From: a candidate division WOR-3 bacterium UBA6260
Lineage (GTDB): Bacteria > Hydrothermota > 32-111
NCBI GenBank assembly: GCA_002441125.1
Contig: DJVI01000009.1
Coordinates: forward strand, 8,175-72,174
Reading direction: 5' to 3'
DNA: 64,000 nt
Shown: one piece after another, positions 50,329-61,145 of the stretch
How positions within the stretch are numbered: the first letter of the stretch is position 1
How the letters are laid out: each line of letters opens with the position of its first letter
The notes under the pieces: generated by a model
Seen by the model: only the letters and a program-made list of their open reading frames with translations
Told to the model about the DNA's origin: nothing
Database searches by the model: none
Position numbers and translations under genes: made by a program

Positions 50329-50906
50329 TCTGAAACAACCTCCTCATAAGCCCTTTTTATAGCTCTGATATTACCTTCAACTACTTCCGGCTTATTCACA
50401 AATTTCTTTTTCATTTTTTCTTCTGTATCTTTCAACATCCTTTCGAAATCAAGAATTTTTGTTACCTTCACAAGTGCTCCAAACATCGGTGTGTTCGGTT
50501 TGTTAGCACCTATCTCTTCCAATGAAATCTTTGAAGCATCAACTGTAAAAATTTTAATATTTTTATTTATCTTGTATTTTTCCCTAATCTCAGATGGTTT
50601 TTTTACAGTGTTTATTATAATTGTTCCACCATTCTCCATACCTGATGTAGTATCAACTGTATCCATAAGAGATTGGTCAAGGACAACAACAACATCAGGA
50701 TTTTTTATTGGGGAATGGATAGATATTTTGTTATCAGATAACCTGTTAAAAGATTGAACAGGTGCACCCATCCTTTCTGGTCCATACTCTGGAAAAGCTT
50801 GAATATATTTCCCTGTTGCCAGCGCTGAATCAGCGAATAAAAGAGCCACAGTTTTTGCCCCCTGTCCGCCTCTTCCATGCCATCTTATTTCAAAAAAATC
50901 TTTCAT
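50325..50906 (-). CDS. porG: 2-oxoacid:ferredoxin oxidoreductase gamma subunit
   Basis: 193 aa. GRGGQGAKT motif of POR gamma. First gene of the porGDAB operon. Confidence 0.75.
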   Translation of the reverse strand: MKDFFEIRWHGRGGQGAKTVALLFADSALATGKYIQAFPEYGPERMGAPVQSFNRLSDNKISIHSPIKNPDVVVVLDQSLMDTVDTTSGMENGGTIIINTVKKPSEIREKYKINKNIKIFTVDASKISLEEIGANKPNTPMFGALVKVTKILDFERMLKDTEEKMKKKFVNKPEVVEGNIRAIKRAYEEVVSE

Positions 50907-51014
50907 TATTAAACCTCCAATTCATTAAACCTATATTATATTTTAACTATTCTTAAAGTCAAGAAAATTTTCTTTTCTATTGATTTTATCATTTAAACAA
51001 TTAAACTATCTTTT

Positions 51015-52034
51015 ATGGAATCAATTTATAGGTTCACTTTAAAAAATTTAAAAGAAGATATAGAGAAAAAGGGATTTAAGCCTTTTAAAGCGGAACAGAT
51101 ATTCAAATGGATATATTGTAAAAAAATTAACGATTTTACAAAAATGACCGATATTTCTTTAAAAGATAGAGAAATTTTAAAAGATCTTTATGATACATCC
51201 CTTTTTACAGATTATAAAGAGTTCATATCCAAAATCGATAAAACAAAGAAATACCTCTTCAACATTTCAGAATATGAAAGTATTGAAGCAGTTTTTATGA
51301 AGGAGGATAAAAGGGTAACAGTTTGTTTGTCCTCCCAAACTGGGTGCCCTTTGAAGTGCAGATTCTGTGCAACAGGTAAGAAAAATGGAAGGAATCTTTC
51401 AATAGAAGAGATAGTTAAAGAGTTCACAACAATCTATTATCTAAATCCTGAAAGGATAACAAACATAGTTTTTATGGGAATGGGAGAACCGCTTTTAAAC
51501 TATTCAAATGTTTTTGAAGCTATAAAAATTTTCAACGAAGAAAAAGGGATAAAGATCGGTGCAAGAAAAATTACTCTTTCAACAGCCGGAATAGTTGAAG
51601 GAATTGAAAAAATAATTGAATTCCCATTACAGATAAAACTTGCTATTTCACTTAACAGCGCTATAGAGGAAAAAAGAGAGTACCTTATGCCTGTTACAAA
51701 AACAAACAATCTTTCCCAACTTAAAAAAGTTCTAAAAAAATATCAAGAAGTAAAGAAAAAGAGGATCACATTCGAATATATTATAATTCCCGGATACAAT
51801 GATGGCGGAAAAGATATAGAAGCACTTTTAAAATTCCTTTCAGAATTTGACTGCAAACTAAACCTGATTCCATACAACAGAACTGATGACCAGTTTAGGG
51901 AACCAACAGAAAAAGAGATAAAAGAATTTTATAGAAAAGTGTCAGTTTTGGAAGATGCAGTTTCAATAAGAAGAAGCAAGGGGAAAGACATTTCTGGAGC
52001 TTGTGGACAGTTGAAAGGGAAATTCACTTCTTGA
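51015..52034 (+). CDS. rlmN: 23S rRNA/tRNA adenine-C2 methyltransferase RlmN (radical SAM)
   Basis: 339 aa. CPLKCRFCATG radical-SAM cluster motif. GMGEPLLN. Confidence 0.8.
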   Translation: MESIYRFTLKNLKEDIEKKGFKPFKAEQIFKWIYCKKINDFTKMTDISLKDREILKDLYDTSLFTDYKEFISKIDKTKKYLFNISEYESIEAVFMKEDKRVTVCLSSQTGCPLKCRFCATGKKNGRNLSIEEIVKEFTTIYYLNPERITNIVFMGMGEPLLNYSNVFEAIKIFNEEKGIKIGARKITLSTAGIVEGIEKIIEFPLQIKLAISLNSAIEEKREYLMPVTKTNNLSQLKKVLKKYQEVKKKRITFEYIIIPGYNDGGKDIEALLKFLSEFDCKLNLIPYNRTDDQFREPTEKEIKEFYRKVSVLEDAVSIRRSKGKDISGACGQLKGKFTS

Positions 52035-52536
52035 ACAAGGGATACTTTTTAAAATTAAAAATTGAAGAAATTATACTATAAGGAAACTGTTCAATTTTCG
52101 TATTAAAATTTGTGACACACCAGTTATAATTTTCCCTTCTATCGGCAATGTGGTTTTCAATTGTTGTGATCCTTTTCTGAAGGTTCAAAAAATTTTCATT
52201 GGCTTTTAATTCTGGATACTTCTCCGCAAGTGCGAAAAGATTTTTTGTCTCTTTGGTAAGGTTGTTGTTGAATTCTGATTTCTCATTCACACCCATTTCA
52301 TCAGAATAACCACTTCTAATTTTTATTATTTTAGACAATGTTTCCTGTTCATAGGATGCATAACCTTTAACTACTTCTATAAGGTTTGTCAACTCATCGT
52401 TTCTCTGTTTTAAAAGAACATCTATATTTGAAAGGGATTGAAAAATTCTATTTTTTAAAAAAACAAGATCGTTGTAAAGGATAACAAAAGTAATGATTAA
52501 AAAAATAACAATCGCAATCAAAATTATTAAAATCAT
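52024..52536 (-). CDS. lemA: LemA-family protein
   Basis: 170 aa. N-terminal TM helix. YN..V.....FP LemA pattern (YNWCVTNFNTKIEQFPYS). Confidence 0.8.
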   Translation of the reverse strand: MILIILIAIVIFLIITFVILYNDLVFLKNRIFQSLSNIDVLLKQRNDELTNLIEVVKGYASYEQETLSKIIKIRSGYSDEMGVNEKSEFNNNLTKETKNLFALAEKYPELKANENFLNLQKRITTIENHIADRRENYNWCVTNFNTKIEQFPYSIISSIFNFKKYPLFKK

Positions 52537-54245
52537 TAAAAACCTCCAAAAATAAAGATTAAAACTATAAGTATTACAGCCATAAGTAAGGAAGATATAA
52601 GAAATATGTTGGAATACTTCAAAAAGGTCTTTTCACTTATATCTGAAATAAAAAGGATTTTATCATCTTTTGAAAAAACTATCTCAAGACTGTCAGTCTC
52701 TTTTCTCTGGTTGACTTTTCTTTCAAATTCTTTCTCAATGTTTACTTTTGCACTCTCCCATTCATCCTGATCTATCACATCATCTTTATTATAATCAAAA
52801 TTCTTCATATAATCTCTATCAAGCTTTTTGTTTTTAATATAATCATTTTTTTCCTTGTAATAGTCTTTATTTACTACAGAACCAACAACAAAGACCTCAC
52901 TCATCACAGGCAATATTTCCTCTTCATATTTTACATCATTTGAATCCTCTACTGAAAAAAATTTATAAAAAGTTCTTGTATATACAGTTTTGTTCTTCAA
53001 ATTGAATGTCGCATTGTTAGTTTTTACAGATATCCTGTTCCCTTCATCATCCTGAACTATAAATTTTTCAGGTAAGTATTCTCCTATATGCTCAAGTTGC
53101 CATTTTGTTTTACCTTCACTATCTTTAACCTTTCTGTACTTTTTGTACTGGAAATAGACACACCTTGTTCCAGATATGGGAGATGGAATAGAATAATCAT
53201 CAGTTATGAAACCTTTGATTTCATTTAATCCCACACTTATCGATTCCAACTTCGAAAATGGTATGGATTCGAGAAAAACTTTTAATTTCAAAACTTTAAA
53301 AAAGTAAAAAATATAGTAGATTGATCCCAAAAGGAAAAGATAGGATGAAATATTCAACATTCCTACTCTTATAAATATAAGTAAACCAAAAAATATTATT
53401 CCAAATGGAATAAAGAATATTTCAAGCAAATTGAACCTGTTTATCGATATACTCTTTTTTTTGAAGATGATATCCTGAGGTTTATAAATATTATAATTGA
53501 ATTCGTAAACTAAACTGTTTATATCAGATTCTCTATCTTTGTTAACAAAATTTTTATTGTATGAAAATGAATATAAACCGTTTTTAAAAAGTAAAGATGA
53601 AATAACTGAATAAGTTTTTAAATCAAAAAAAAGATCCTCAACATAATTTTCAGAATAGTTAAGATCCTCAACAAAATTTTGCGAAAATTCCTTTAAACTA
53701 TTATAGAGTTTAAAAAAATTCTCACTTTTGGAATATTTAGAAAAGTTTTTAATTTCTTTATAGTTTAACTTTTCATGTTCGCACCTTATTATGAGTTCAT
53801 TACTCTTGGTAAAAATATAAAACACAAAATTGTTTTCCAGTAGAAGTTTCTTTAAATTTACATTCTCCATCCTTTTTTTATCTATCCCGGCAACGAAAAA
53901 AATCGTATCATTTTTTGATATCGTTATTTCATCATTTCCTGAAAGAAATTTAATATTGTAATCATCAACCTGTCTTATGGATGATACATCGATAATTTTG
54001 TATGAAAAGATATCACTATCTGAAAGTATAACGGATTCTATTTTCAGAGAATCCAAACCATTTTTTATTTTTATTATTTCTTCTTCATCTTCAGATTTTT
54101 TTAAAATCGCCCATCCCTTACCTACGAACTTTTGTTTTAGAGTATAGATATCAATATTTGTTGCATTAAAAACTTGTTCAAAAAAATTTTTTTCAACAGC
54201 GTCAGTCCTATCGAAAATACACTTAATAAATAGTTTATATTCCAT
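52536..54245 (-). CDS. membrane protein, possibly GIDE-domain-like, partnered with LemA
   Basis: 569 aa. Internal and C-terminal TM helices. Adjacent to and co-oriented with lemA. The GIDE-like call is tentative, from recall only. Confidence 0.35.
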   Translation of the reverse strand: MEYKLFIKCIFDRTDAVEKNFFEQVFNATNIDIYTLKQKFVGKGWAILKKSEDEEEIIKIKNGLDSLKIESVILSDSDIFSYKIIDVSSIRQVDDYNIKFLSGNDEITISKNDTIFFVAGIDKKRMENVNLKKLLLENNFVFYIFTKSNELIIRCEHEKLNYKEIKNFSKYSKSENFFKLYNSLKEFSQNFVEDLNYSENYVEDLFFDLKTYSVISSLLFKNGLYSFSYNKNFVNKDRESDINSLVYEFNYNIYKPQDIIFKKKSISINRFNLLEIFFIPFGIIFFGLLIFIRVGMLNISSYLFLLGSIYYIFYFFKVLKLKVFLESIPFSKLESISVGLNEIKGFITDDYSIPSPISGTRCVYFQYKKYRKVKDSEGKTKWQLEHIGEYLPEKFIVQDDEGNRISVKTNNATFNLKNKTVYTRTFYKFFSVEDSNDVKYEEEILPVMSEVFVVGSVVNKDYYKEKNDYIKNKKLDRDYMKNFDYNKDDVIDQDEWESAKVNIEKEFERKVNQRKETDSLEIVFSKDDKILFISDISEKTFLKYSNIFLISSLLMAVILIVLIFIFGGF

Positions 54246-54286
54246 TTTTTCATTATATATTCATTTTAATCAATTTCAATACTTGA

Positions 54287-54886
54287 TTGGTTTTTTCAAG
54301 AATGTATAATTTTAAAATGTTTAAAAAAGAGGTTGAAAGAAGATTCCTTATAAAAAAGGGATCTTTAAAAAATGAAAAATTCACAAAAAAGATAAGGATA
54401 ATCCAAGGTTACTATAACTTAAAAAATTTAATTGATATTGAGCCGATAAAAGAAAACTTGTTCAAATATCCTTTTCTGAAAAAAGAAATCGTAAGAATTA
54501 GGATTGAGAATAAGAAAGATATTTATCTGACTTTAAAGAGAGGAAAAGGAGTTGAAAGGTATGAGTTTGAAATAAAACTGGATTTTAACAAAAAAATTTA
54601 CTCTTTTTTAAAAAATGATGAAAAAGTTTTAAAAAAGATCAGAAAAGAATTCATCATGGATGGTTTTAAGGCTATGCTTGATAGTTTTACCGAAAGATAC
54701 AAAGGAGTTAAAATAGTTGAGGTTGAGTTCAAAAATAAAAGGGAGGCGAAAAATTTCCAACCACCTAAAAATTTTATAGAAATTACCGATTTTATTTATC
54801 TGACAAACAAAAGTATGTATTTTAACGATGAGGAAAAAATTTTAAAAAGGATAAGGGAGATTTATGATAGTAAAAATCAAAAATAA
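54287..54886 (+). CDS. CYTH-domain (triphosphate tunnel metalloenzyme) protein
   Basis: 199 aa. N-terminal EVERRFLI (ExExK) motif of the CYTH domain. Confidence 0.55.
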   Translation: MVFSRMYNFKMFKKEVERRFLIKKGSLKNEKFTKKIRIIQGYYNLKNLIDIEPIKENLFKYPFLKKEIVRIRIENKKDIYLTLKRGKGVERYEFEIKLDFNKKIYSFLKNDEKVLKKIRKEFIMDGFKAMLDSFTERYKGVKIVEVEFKNKREAKNFQPPKNFIEITDFIYLTNKSMYFNDEEKILKRIREIYDSKNQK

Positions 54887-55871
54887 GGTTATAAAAAAAG
54901 GTGAAATTTTTATAATTGCTGAAGGCGGTGTTAACCATAACGGGGATATAAATCTTGCAAAAGAACTGATAGTAAAAGCAAAAGAAGCTGGCGCAGATGC
55001 TATAAAATTTCAAACATATAAAACCGAAAAGTTGGTGATAAAGAATAGCAAAACTGAAGATTTTTTCAAAATGATAAAGGATCTTGAACTTTCAGAAAAA
55101 GATTTTATAGAACTGAAAGAATATGCTGTTAAAAATGATATAATTTTTCTTTCAACCCCAGACGAGGAGGATTCCTTAAAATTTTTGATGTCTTTGAATT
55201 TACCAGCTATAAAAATAGGTTCAGGAGAGGCTAACAATTTACCTTTTCTCAAAAAAGTTGCGAAAACGAAAAAAACTCTACTTATATCTACAGGTTGTTG
55301 CACAGAAGGTGAGATAGATAGGATATATAAAACTGTATACCCTATAAATAAAAAACTTGTTCTTTTACATTGTATATCTGAATATCCAGCTGATATAGAT
55401 TCGCTGAACCTTAACTTTATAAAGAAGATGATTAAAAAATATAACTGTCCTATCGGTTTTTCAGATCATACCACTTCAATATTTACACCATCAATCGCTT
55501 ATATACTTGGTGCAACAGTTATAGAGAAGCATTTCACACTTGATAAAAATTTACCCGGTCCAGATCACAAATCTTCACTCGATTTTAAAGAGTTTAAAAG
55601 TATGGTTGAAATTTTATCAGAAACAAAAAAAGCTTTGGGGAAAGATATTAGAAAGATAACACCCCGTGAGGACAAAATTAGAAAGTTCATTAGAAAATCA
55701 CTATTCTCAAAAGATGAACTTAAAAGCGGTGAAATTCTGACTCCCCAAAATACAATTCTTTTAAGACCTGAAATAGGTATCAGAGCAGATCAAGCAGAAC
55801 TGATCTACGGAAAAAGAATAAAAGTTAAAAAAAACAGATATAAACCTATTTTCTTTGATGAAACAGATTAA
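54864..55871 (+). CDS. neuB: N-acetylneuraminate/pseudaminate synthase family (NeuB-like nonulosonic acid synthase)
   Basis: 335 aa. IIAEGGVNHNGD...AGADAIKFQT motif. C-terminal SAF domain. Confidence 0.8.
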   Translation: MIVKIKNKVIKKGEIFIIAEGGVNHNGDINLAKELIVKAKEAGADAIKFQTYKTEKLVIKNSKTEDFFKMIKDLELSEKDFIELKEYAVKNDIIFLSTPDEEDSLKFLMSLNLPAIKIGSGEANNLPFLKKVAKTKKTLLISTGCCTEGEIDRIYKTVYPINKKLVLLHCISEYPADIDSLNLNFIKKMIKKYNCPIGFSDHTTSIFTPSIAYILGATVIEKHFTLDKNLPGPDHKSSLDFKEFKSMVEILSETKKALGKDIRKITPREDKIRKFIRKSLFSKDELKSGEILTPQNTILLRPEIGIRADQAELIYGKRIKVKKNRYKPIFFDETD

Positions 55872-56026
55872 AAGATAGTATAAATGAATGGTGAAATTGT
55901 TGATGATGAGAATACGAATATAAGAATACCTAAAAGTAAAATTATTATAATCAAAGGCAACAACCAGTATTTTTTCTTTTTAATCAAAAATTTTGCCAAA
56001 GATTTTAAAGTTTTTAAAACTCCCAT

Positions 56027-56401
56027 TTAAAAAGGCTCCTCAATATCAAATTCGTTATCAGAATTTTTGTTATAATAAGTTTTTAAATTTTTATCAATTT
56101 TTCTGAAAAACCTTTTATCCATAATAAAAAGAATTGGTTTAAACATTAAAAAAATTATATAATAAAGAAAAACTATTATCAAGAAGGTAAAGACCAGAGT
56201 TATAATTTCAAAAAATTTATCGGTAAAATTTTTAACTCTCTTTAACTTTTCAGGTAAAAAGATAAAAAGTAATAGAGAAAAAAAGAATAAGGATATAAAA
56301 ATGATTTTCACTAAAAAAATCTTTCTAAAAATGAAAGATAGGATCAAAAATAATAAAACAACTTGAAGCAGTTTTAACCTTTCAATCGTTTCTTTTTTCA
56401 A
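56027..56401 (-). CDS. small hypothetical membrane protein
   Basis: 124 aa, three hydrophobic segments, no recognisable motif. Overlaps the carbamoyltransferase start by 20 nt. Confidence 0.3.
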   Translation of the reverse strand: MKKETIERLKLLQVVLLFLILSFIFRKIFLVKIIFISLFFFSLLLFIFLPEKLKRVKNFTDKFFEIITLVFTFLIIVFLYYIIFLMFKPILFIMDKRFFRKIDKNLKTYYNKNSDNEFDIEEPF

Positions 56402-58172
56402 TTTTAAAATCTCCCCTTTTTCTTACCTGTTCCTCTTTTCTCAAAATGAAATTACCTATAATCAAAACATCAATATCTGTTTCTATAAATGTTTTAAAAG
56501 CATCCTCAGGACTTTCAACTATAGGTTGACCTCTGACATTAAAGGAAGTGTTTATAACCATAGGGCATCCAGTTTTTTCATAAAAATGGTTTATAAGAGT
56601 GTAAAAAAGAGGATTACTCTCTTTGCTTACAAGTTGAACCCTTGATGTAAAATCAGAATGAACAACCGATGGGAACTGTGTTATACTTTTTCTTAAAATT
56701 TTAAAATCATGTTTTATCAGTTCATGAGTATTCTTAAATTCATCCTTGATCTCACATACCGTTAACATATAGAATGTTGGATATCCTTTTTTAAAAATAA
56801 GATCAAACTTGTCTTCAAGTACTGCTGGAGCAAGAGGTCTGAAGGATTCTCTGAATTTTATTTTAAGGTTCATTATCCTCTGCATTTCAGGATCTGTTGG
56901 ATCTCCCAAGATACTTCTGTTCCCCAACGCTCTTGGTCCATACTCCATCTTACCTTGGAACCAACCTACAACTTTTTTCTTAATTATCTCTTCAGATGCA
57001 ACTATTTCTGGAAAGTTTATCTTTTTATAAACTCCATTTAACTTTTTTAAACTCTCCTCTATCTGTTCATCTGAATATTCTGTTCCCAAAAAAGAATAGT
57101 TCTGACAGTTTCTTATATTCAATCCATAATACCTGTTCGCGACATACAGAGCAGCACCGAGAGAGCCTCCCGCATCCCCTGAAGCTGGCTGGATGAAAAA
57201 TTTTTCAGGCTGATATGCTTCAAGAACTTTAGAATTAGCAACACAGTTTAAGCCTACTCCACCACCTATTATCAAATTTTTTTCTTTACTCTCTTTTTTT
57301 AATCTCAAAGCCATTTTTATCAAAATCTCTTCTAAAACAACTTGAACTGATGATGCTATATCAGCATACTTCTCATTTAATGGTTCACTATCTTTCCTTA
57401 TTTTTACACCAAAAAGTTGTTCCATCCTTTTACCACACATTCTTAAACCGTTTTGGTAATCAAAAAATTTCATGTTTAATCTATATGAGCCATCCTCCTT
57501 TATATCGATAAGATTCTCTTTTATCAAAGAGACATATCTCGGCAAACCATAGGGAGCTAAACCCATAAGTTTGTATTCCCCAGAGTTAACCTTAAAACCA
57601 GCAAGGTAAGTGAATGTCGAATAGAACATCCCTAAAGAATGTGGATAATCTATAGAATAGATAATATTTATTTTTTTATCATCAACAACACCTATTGTGG
57701 TTGTTTCCCATTCTCCAACTCCATCATTGACAATGAACGCTGCCCTGTCAAGATCTGATGGATAAAATGATGAAGAGATATGAGAAATATGATGTGGAAC
57801 ATAAAAAATTTTGTAATCACCTTTTACAAGTTTTCTAAGTTTAGATTCAGTGTAGAGTTTATCTTTAAGCCAGATAGGTAAAGAGTTGAAAGCGAACTGA
57901 AAATTTTTTGGAGAAGTGTATATTAAATTTTCAATTATCCTTTCGAATTTTAAAATCGGTTTATCATAAAAAACAAGTGCTGTTAAATTTTTAGGATCAA
58001 AATCGAAATTTTTCACGAGTGCATCTATAGAGAGTTCAGGTGACCTCTCGTCGAACTTTATTTTTGAAAATCTTTCCTCTTGGAGAGCAGCAACAACCTT
58101 ACTATCCTTTATATATGTAACTGAAGAATCATGAAATAATGCTGAAACTCCTAATATCTCTATTTCACTCAT
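56382..58172 (-). CDS. NodU/CmcH-family carbamoyltransferase
   Basis: 596 aa. N-terminal ILGVSALFHDSSV...ALQEERFSK(I)K signature of the HypF/NodU carbamoyltransferase family. Confidence 0.8.
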   Translation of the reverse strand: MSEIEILGVSALFHDSSVTYIKDSKVVAALQEERFSKIKFDERSPELSIDALVKNFDFDPKNLTALVFYDKPILKFERIIENLIYTSPKNFQFAFNSLPIWLKDKLYTESKLRKLVKGDYKIFYVPHHISHISSSFYPSDLDRAAFIVNDGVGEWETTTIGVVDDKKINIIYSIDYPHSLGMFYSTFTYLAGFKVNSGEYKLMGLAPYGLPRYVSLIKENLIDIKEDGSYRLNMKFFDYQNGLRMCGKRMEQLFGVKIRKDSEPLNEKYADIASSVQVVLEEILIKMALRLKKESKEKNLIIGGGVGLNCVANSKVLEAYQPEKFFIQPASGDAGGSLGAALYVANRYYGLNIRNCQNYSFLGTEYSDEQIEESLKKLNGVYKKINFPEIVASEEIIKKKVVGWFQGKMEYGPRALGNRSILGDPTDPEMQRIMNLKIKFRESFRPLAPAVLEDKFDLIFKKGYPTFYMLTVCEIKDEFKNTHELIKHDFKILRKSITQFPSVVHSDFTSRVQLVSKESNPLFYTLINHFYEKTGCPMVINTSFNVRGQPIVESPEDAFKTFIETDIDVLIIGNFILRKEEQVRKRGDFKIEKRND

Positions 58173-60045
58173 ATTTGAAATCTTTTATATAAAATTTTAA
58201 AATATCGACAACTTTTCCGTTAGAACCTTTAAAATCCTCTACCATCTTTTCAACATTTTTCTCTTCAATTCTATCGTTACAATCTACCAGTTTATAAATC
58301 TTTTCAAATCTGGTTTTTTCTATTTTATCCTCTTCACCATGAAGTTCCTCATGAAGTTTTTCACCTTTCCTTATTCCAGTATAAACGATTTTTATATCTT
58401 TGTGTGGTATGTATCCATACATTCTGATAATATTTTCAGCAACATCGTTAATTTTAACAGGTTTCCCCATATCAAGCATGAAAGTTTCTCCACCTTCGGC
58501 GATTCCAGTTGCTTCAAGGCATAATGTCACCGCTTCTTGTATTGTCATGAAATATCTCGTCATATTCTTGTCCGTAACTGTTAAAGGACCTCCATTTTTT
58601 ATCTGCTCTTCGAAAATTGGGATAACACTACCTCTTGAACCCAAAACATTTCCAAACCTGACAGCAAAAAATTTTGTCACAGGATCCTTTTGGGAGGTAA
58701 CAATTATTTCACCTATCCTTTTTGTAGCACCCATTACAGATTTTGGATTTACAACTTTATCTGTTGATATGTAAAGGAAACTTTTCACCTTTCCCTTGGA
58801 TGCTTTTACAAGGTTGAAAGTTCCAAGAATGTTTGTTTTTACTGCCTCATATGGAAATAATTCGCATATAGGAACATGTTTTAATGCAGCTGTATGAAAA
58901 ACAAAAGAGATCTTTTCATTTTCGATAAGTTTTTCAATAAGATAAAAATCCCTAACATCAGCAAAAACCACATCTATATCTTTTGAATATTTTCTTTTTA
59001 TCCTTTCTTTCAAGTAAAAAAGTTCAGTTTCGTTAATATCGAGAGCATAAACTTTAGATGCGTTGAATTTAATAACCTGATTAACAATCTCACTCCCTAT
59101 AGACCCAGCAGCTCCAGTTATAAGAACATTTTCACCTTTTAAATATTCGCATATAAACTCAATATCATAAGAGACTTTTTCCCTTCCAAGAAGGTCAGTT
59201 ATATCTATATTTTTCAAATCTTTCGAAGAGACTTTACCATCCACAATACTATCAACCGATGGAAGAATCTTTATCTCTTTACATCCATTTTTTTCTAAAC
59301 TCTGAAAAATTCTTCTCAGATTTTCGCTATCTATAGATGGAATAGCTATTAGAACAGAATAACAATCATTCTCTTTCATAACACTTTTTATAGTATCAAT
59401 ACCACCAACAACTTTTAGACCATGGATAGTATTTCCTTTTTTATTTGGATCATCATCTATAAAAAGTATGGGATTGTAATCACTCTTCCTCGATAACATA
59501 TCTCTTACTATCTGTTCACCTGCATCACCTGCTCCATAAATAATTAGCTTTTTTCTTTTTTCAATATCCTTTTTTCCTTGAAAAGAGAGATAAACTCTTT
59601 TTAAACTTCTTAAAGTCAATAGAAACCATAGGGAAAGAAAATAATCAAGGAAGAATACTGACCTTGGTAAAAAAGATAGGATCTCTTGTTTAAGAAAAAT
59701 AAGTGATATATAGAAGGAGATCACTTGAGATAATGTCAAAGAAAAAACTACTTTCAAAGCATCGTTGAAAGAAAAGTATCTCCAGTTGAAAGAGTATATA
59801 TCAAAAATCAAAAGGAACAAAATTTTTGAAAGGATAAATATCGGAAAAAAATTTTTATAAAGATTAAAATTCGAAAAAACTTCACCGATACTGAATCTGA
59901 TACTGAAAGAAATAAAATATGAAAATGTAAAGAATATAAAATCAAAAAGTACAAAAAAGATAGCCCTTTTAAAATAATTCGGCCTAAAAAGCTTCTCTTT
60001 CAAAAAATTCTTCAATCTTTTCATAAACATATAACTGCTCTCCAT
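58165..60045 (-). CDS. membrane-anchored UDP-sugar 4,6-dehydratase (CapD/PglF/WbpM family)
   Basis: 626 aa. N-terminal TM helices. Two Rossmann regions (IIYGAGDAG; VLITGAAGSIGSE). Confidence 0.8.
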   Translation of the reverse strand: MESSYMFMKRLKNFLKEKLFRPNYFKRAIFFVLFDFIFFTFSYFISFSIRFSIGEVFSNFNLYKNFFPIFILSKILFLLIFDIYSFNWRYFSFNDALKVVFSLTLSQVISFYISLIFLKQEILSFLPRSVFFLDYFLSLWFLLTLRSLKRVYLSFQGKKDIEKRKKLIIYGAGDAGEQIVRDMLSRKSDYNPILFIDDDPNKKGNTIHGLKVVGGIDTIKSVMKENDCYSVLIAIPSIDSENLRRIFQSLEKNGCKEIKILPSVDSIVDGKVSSKDLKNIDITDLLGREKVSYDIEFICEYLKGENVLITGAAGSIGSEIVNQVIKFNASKVYALDINETELFYLKERIKRKYSKDIDVVFADVRDFYLIEKLIENEKISFVFHTAALKHVPICELFPYEAVKTNILGTFNLVKASKGKVKSFLYISTDKVVNPKSVMGATKRIGEIIVTSQKDPVTKFFAVRFGNVLGSRGSVIPIFEEQIKNGGPLTVTDKNMTRYFMTIQEAVTLCLEATGIAEGGETFMLDMGKPVKINDVAENIIRMYGYIPHKDIKIVYTGIRKGEKLHEELHGEEDKIEKTRFEKIYKLVDCNDRIEEKNVEKMVEDFKGSNGKVVDILKFYIKDFKYE

Positions 60046-61144
60046 ATTTCATATCTGTGTAAAAAGGTATTGCAACCAATTGACCCGATATTTTTTCGCT
60101 TATAGGGAAATCTCCTTTTTTATAACCAAATTGACTTTTATAGAATGGTTGGAGATGAATTGGATAGAAATACCTTTTTGAAGATACACCATTTCTGTTC
60201 AAAAAATCTATAAAATTATCCCTGATTTTTTTATCAACAAGAATGTAAAAAAGAAACCATGAATTTTTTTGACCTTCAAGAATTAAAGGTAACTTAATAC
60301 CATCAATATTTTTCAAAATTTTATAATATCTTTTTGCTACATTATTCCTTTTTTTCAAAATTTTATCCAGAATTTCCATCTGCCCCAAACCTATAGCAGA
60401 GTTTATATCACTAACCCTAAAATTGTATCCAAGATACCTATGGATGTAATTTGGATCACCTTCAACTCTCCCTTGGTTTCTCAAAGCTTTCATATAAAAA
60501 TATAGTTTTTCATCATCTGTTAATATAATTCCTCCCTCACCTGTAGTTATCTGTTTGTTAGGATAGAAGGCAAAAACAGAACCTTTACCAAAAACTCCAG
60601 ATTTTTTCCCATTAATTTCACTTCCAAGAGATTCTGACGAATCCTCAAAAAGTGTAAGGTTGTAATCTTTACACAAATCTTCCAATTTTTCATAGTCGCA
60701 GATGTTTCCAAGAATATCAACAGAAAGAATCCCTTTCAATATTTTCCCACTCTTTTTGTTAACTATATTTTTACCTTTCCTTTTATAATCTTTTTTTATC
60801 TTCTCCTCTATAAGAACAGGAGATATACAAAAAGTTTTTTCATCAATATCAACAAAAATTGGTATCGCGTTAGAGTGGAGTATAACATTTGAAGATGCTA
60901 TAAAAGAAAATGGAGTAGTTATAATCTCATCACCATCTTTTATTCCAGAACCCTTCAAAAGTAAGAATAAACCAGCGGTTCCAGATGAAACTACGAGAGC
61001 GAATTTTCTTCCAATGTAATCCTTAAAGATATTTTCAAATTTTTCTGTGAACTCTCCCATACTAAGGTTACCTTGTTTAAGTAACCTGTCAACATACTTT
61101 TTTTCATTACCTTTTAAATATAAGCCTGATAGGGGAATATTCAT
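59984..61144 (-). CDS. DegT/DnrJ/EryC1/StrS-family PLP-dependent sugar aminotransferase
   Basis: 386 aa. Fold-type I aminotransferase pattern typical of UDP-4-keto-sugar aminotransferases. Confidence 0.75.
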   Translation of the reverse strand: MNIPLSGLYLKGNEKKYVDRLLKQGNLSMGEFTEKFENIFKDYIGRKFALVVSSGTAGLFLLLKGSGIKDGDEIITTPFSFIASSNVILHSNAIPIFVDIDEKTFCISPVLIEEKIKKDYKRKGKNIVNKKSGKILKGILSVDILGNICDYEKLEDLCKDYNLTLFEDSSESLGSEINGKKSGVFGKGSVFAFYPNKQITTGEGGIILTDDEKLYFYMKALRNQGRVEGDPNYIHRYLGYNFRVSDINSAIGLGQMEILDKILKKRNNVAKRYYKILKNIDGIKLPLILEGQKNSWFLFYILVDKKIRDNFIDFLNRNGVSSKRYFYPIHLQPFYKSQFGYKKGDFPISEKISGQLVAIPFYTDMKYGEQLYVYEKIEEFFEREAF

Positions 61145-61145
61145 A

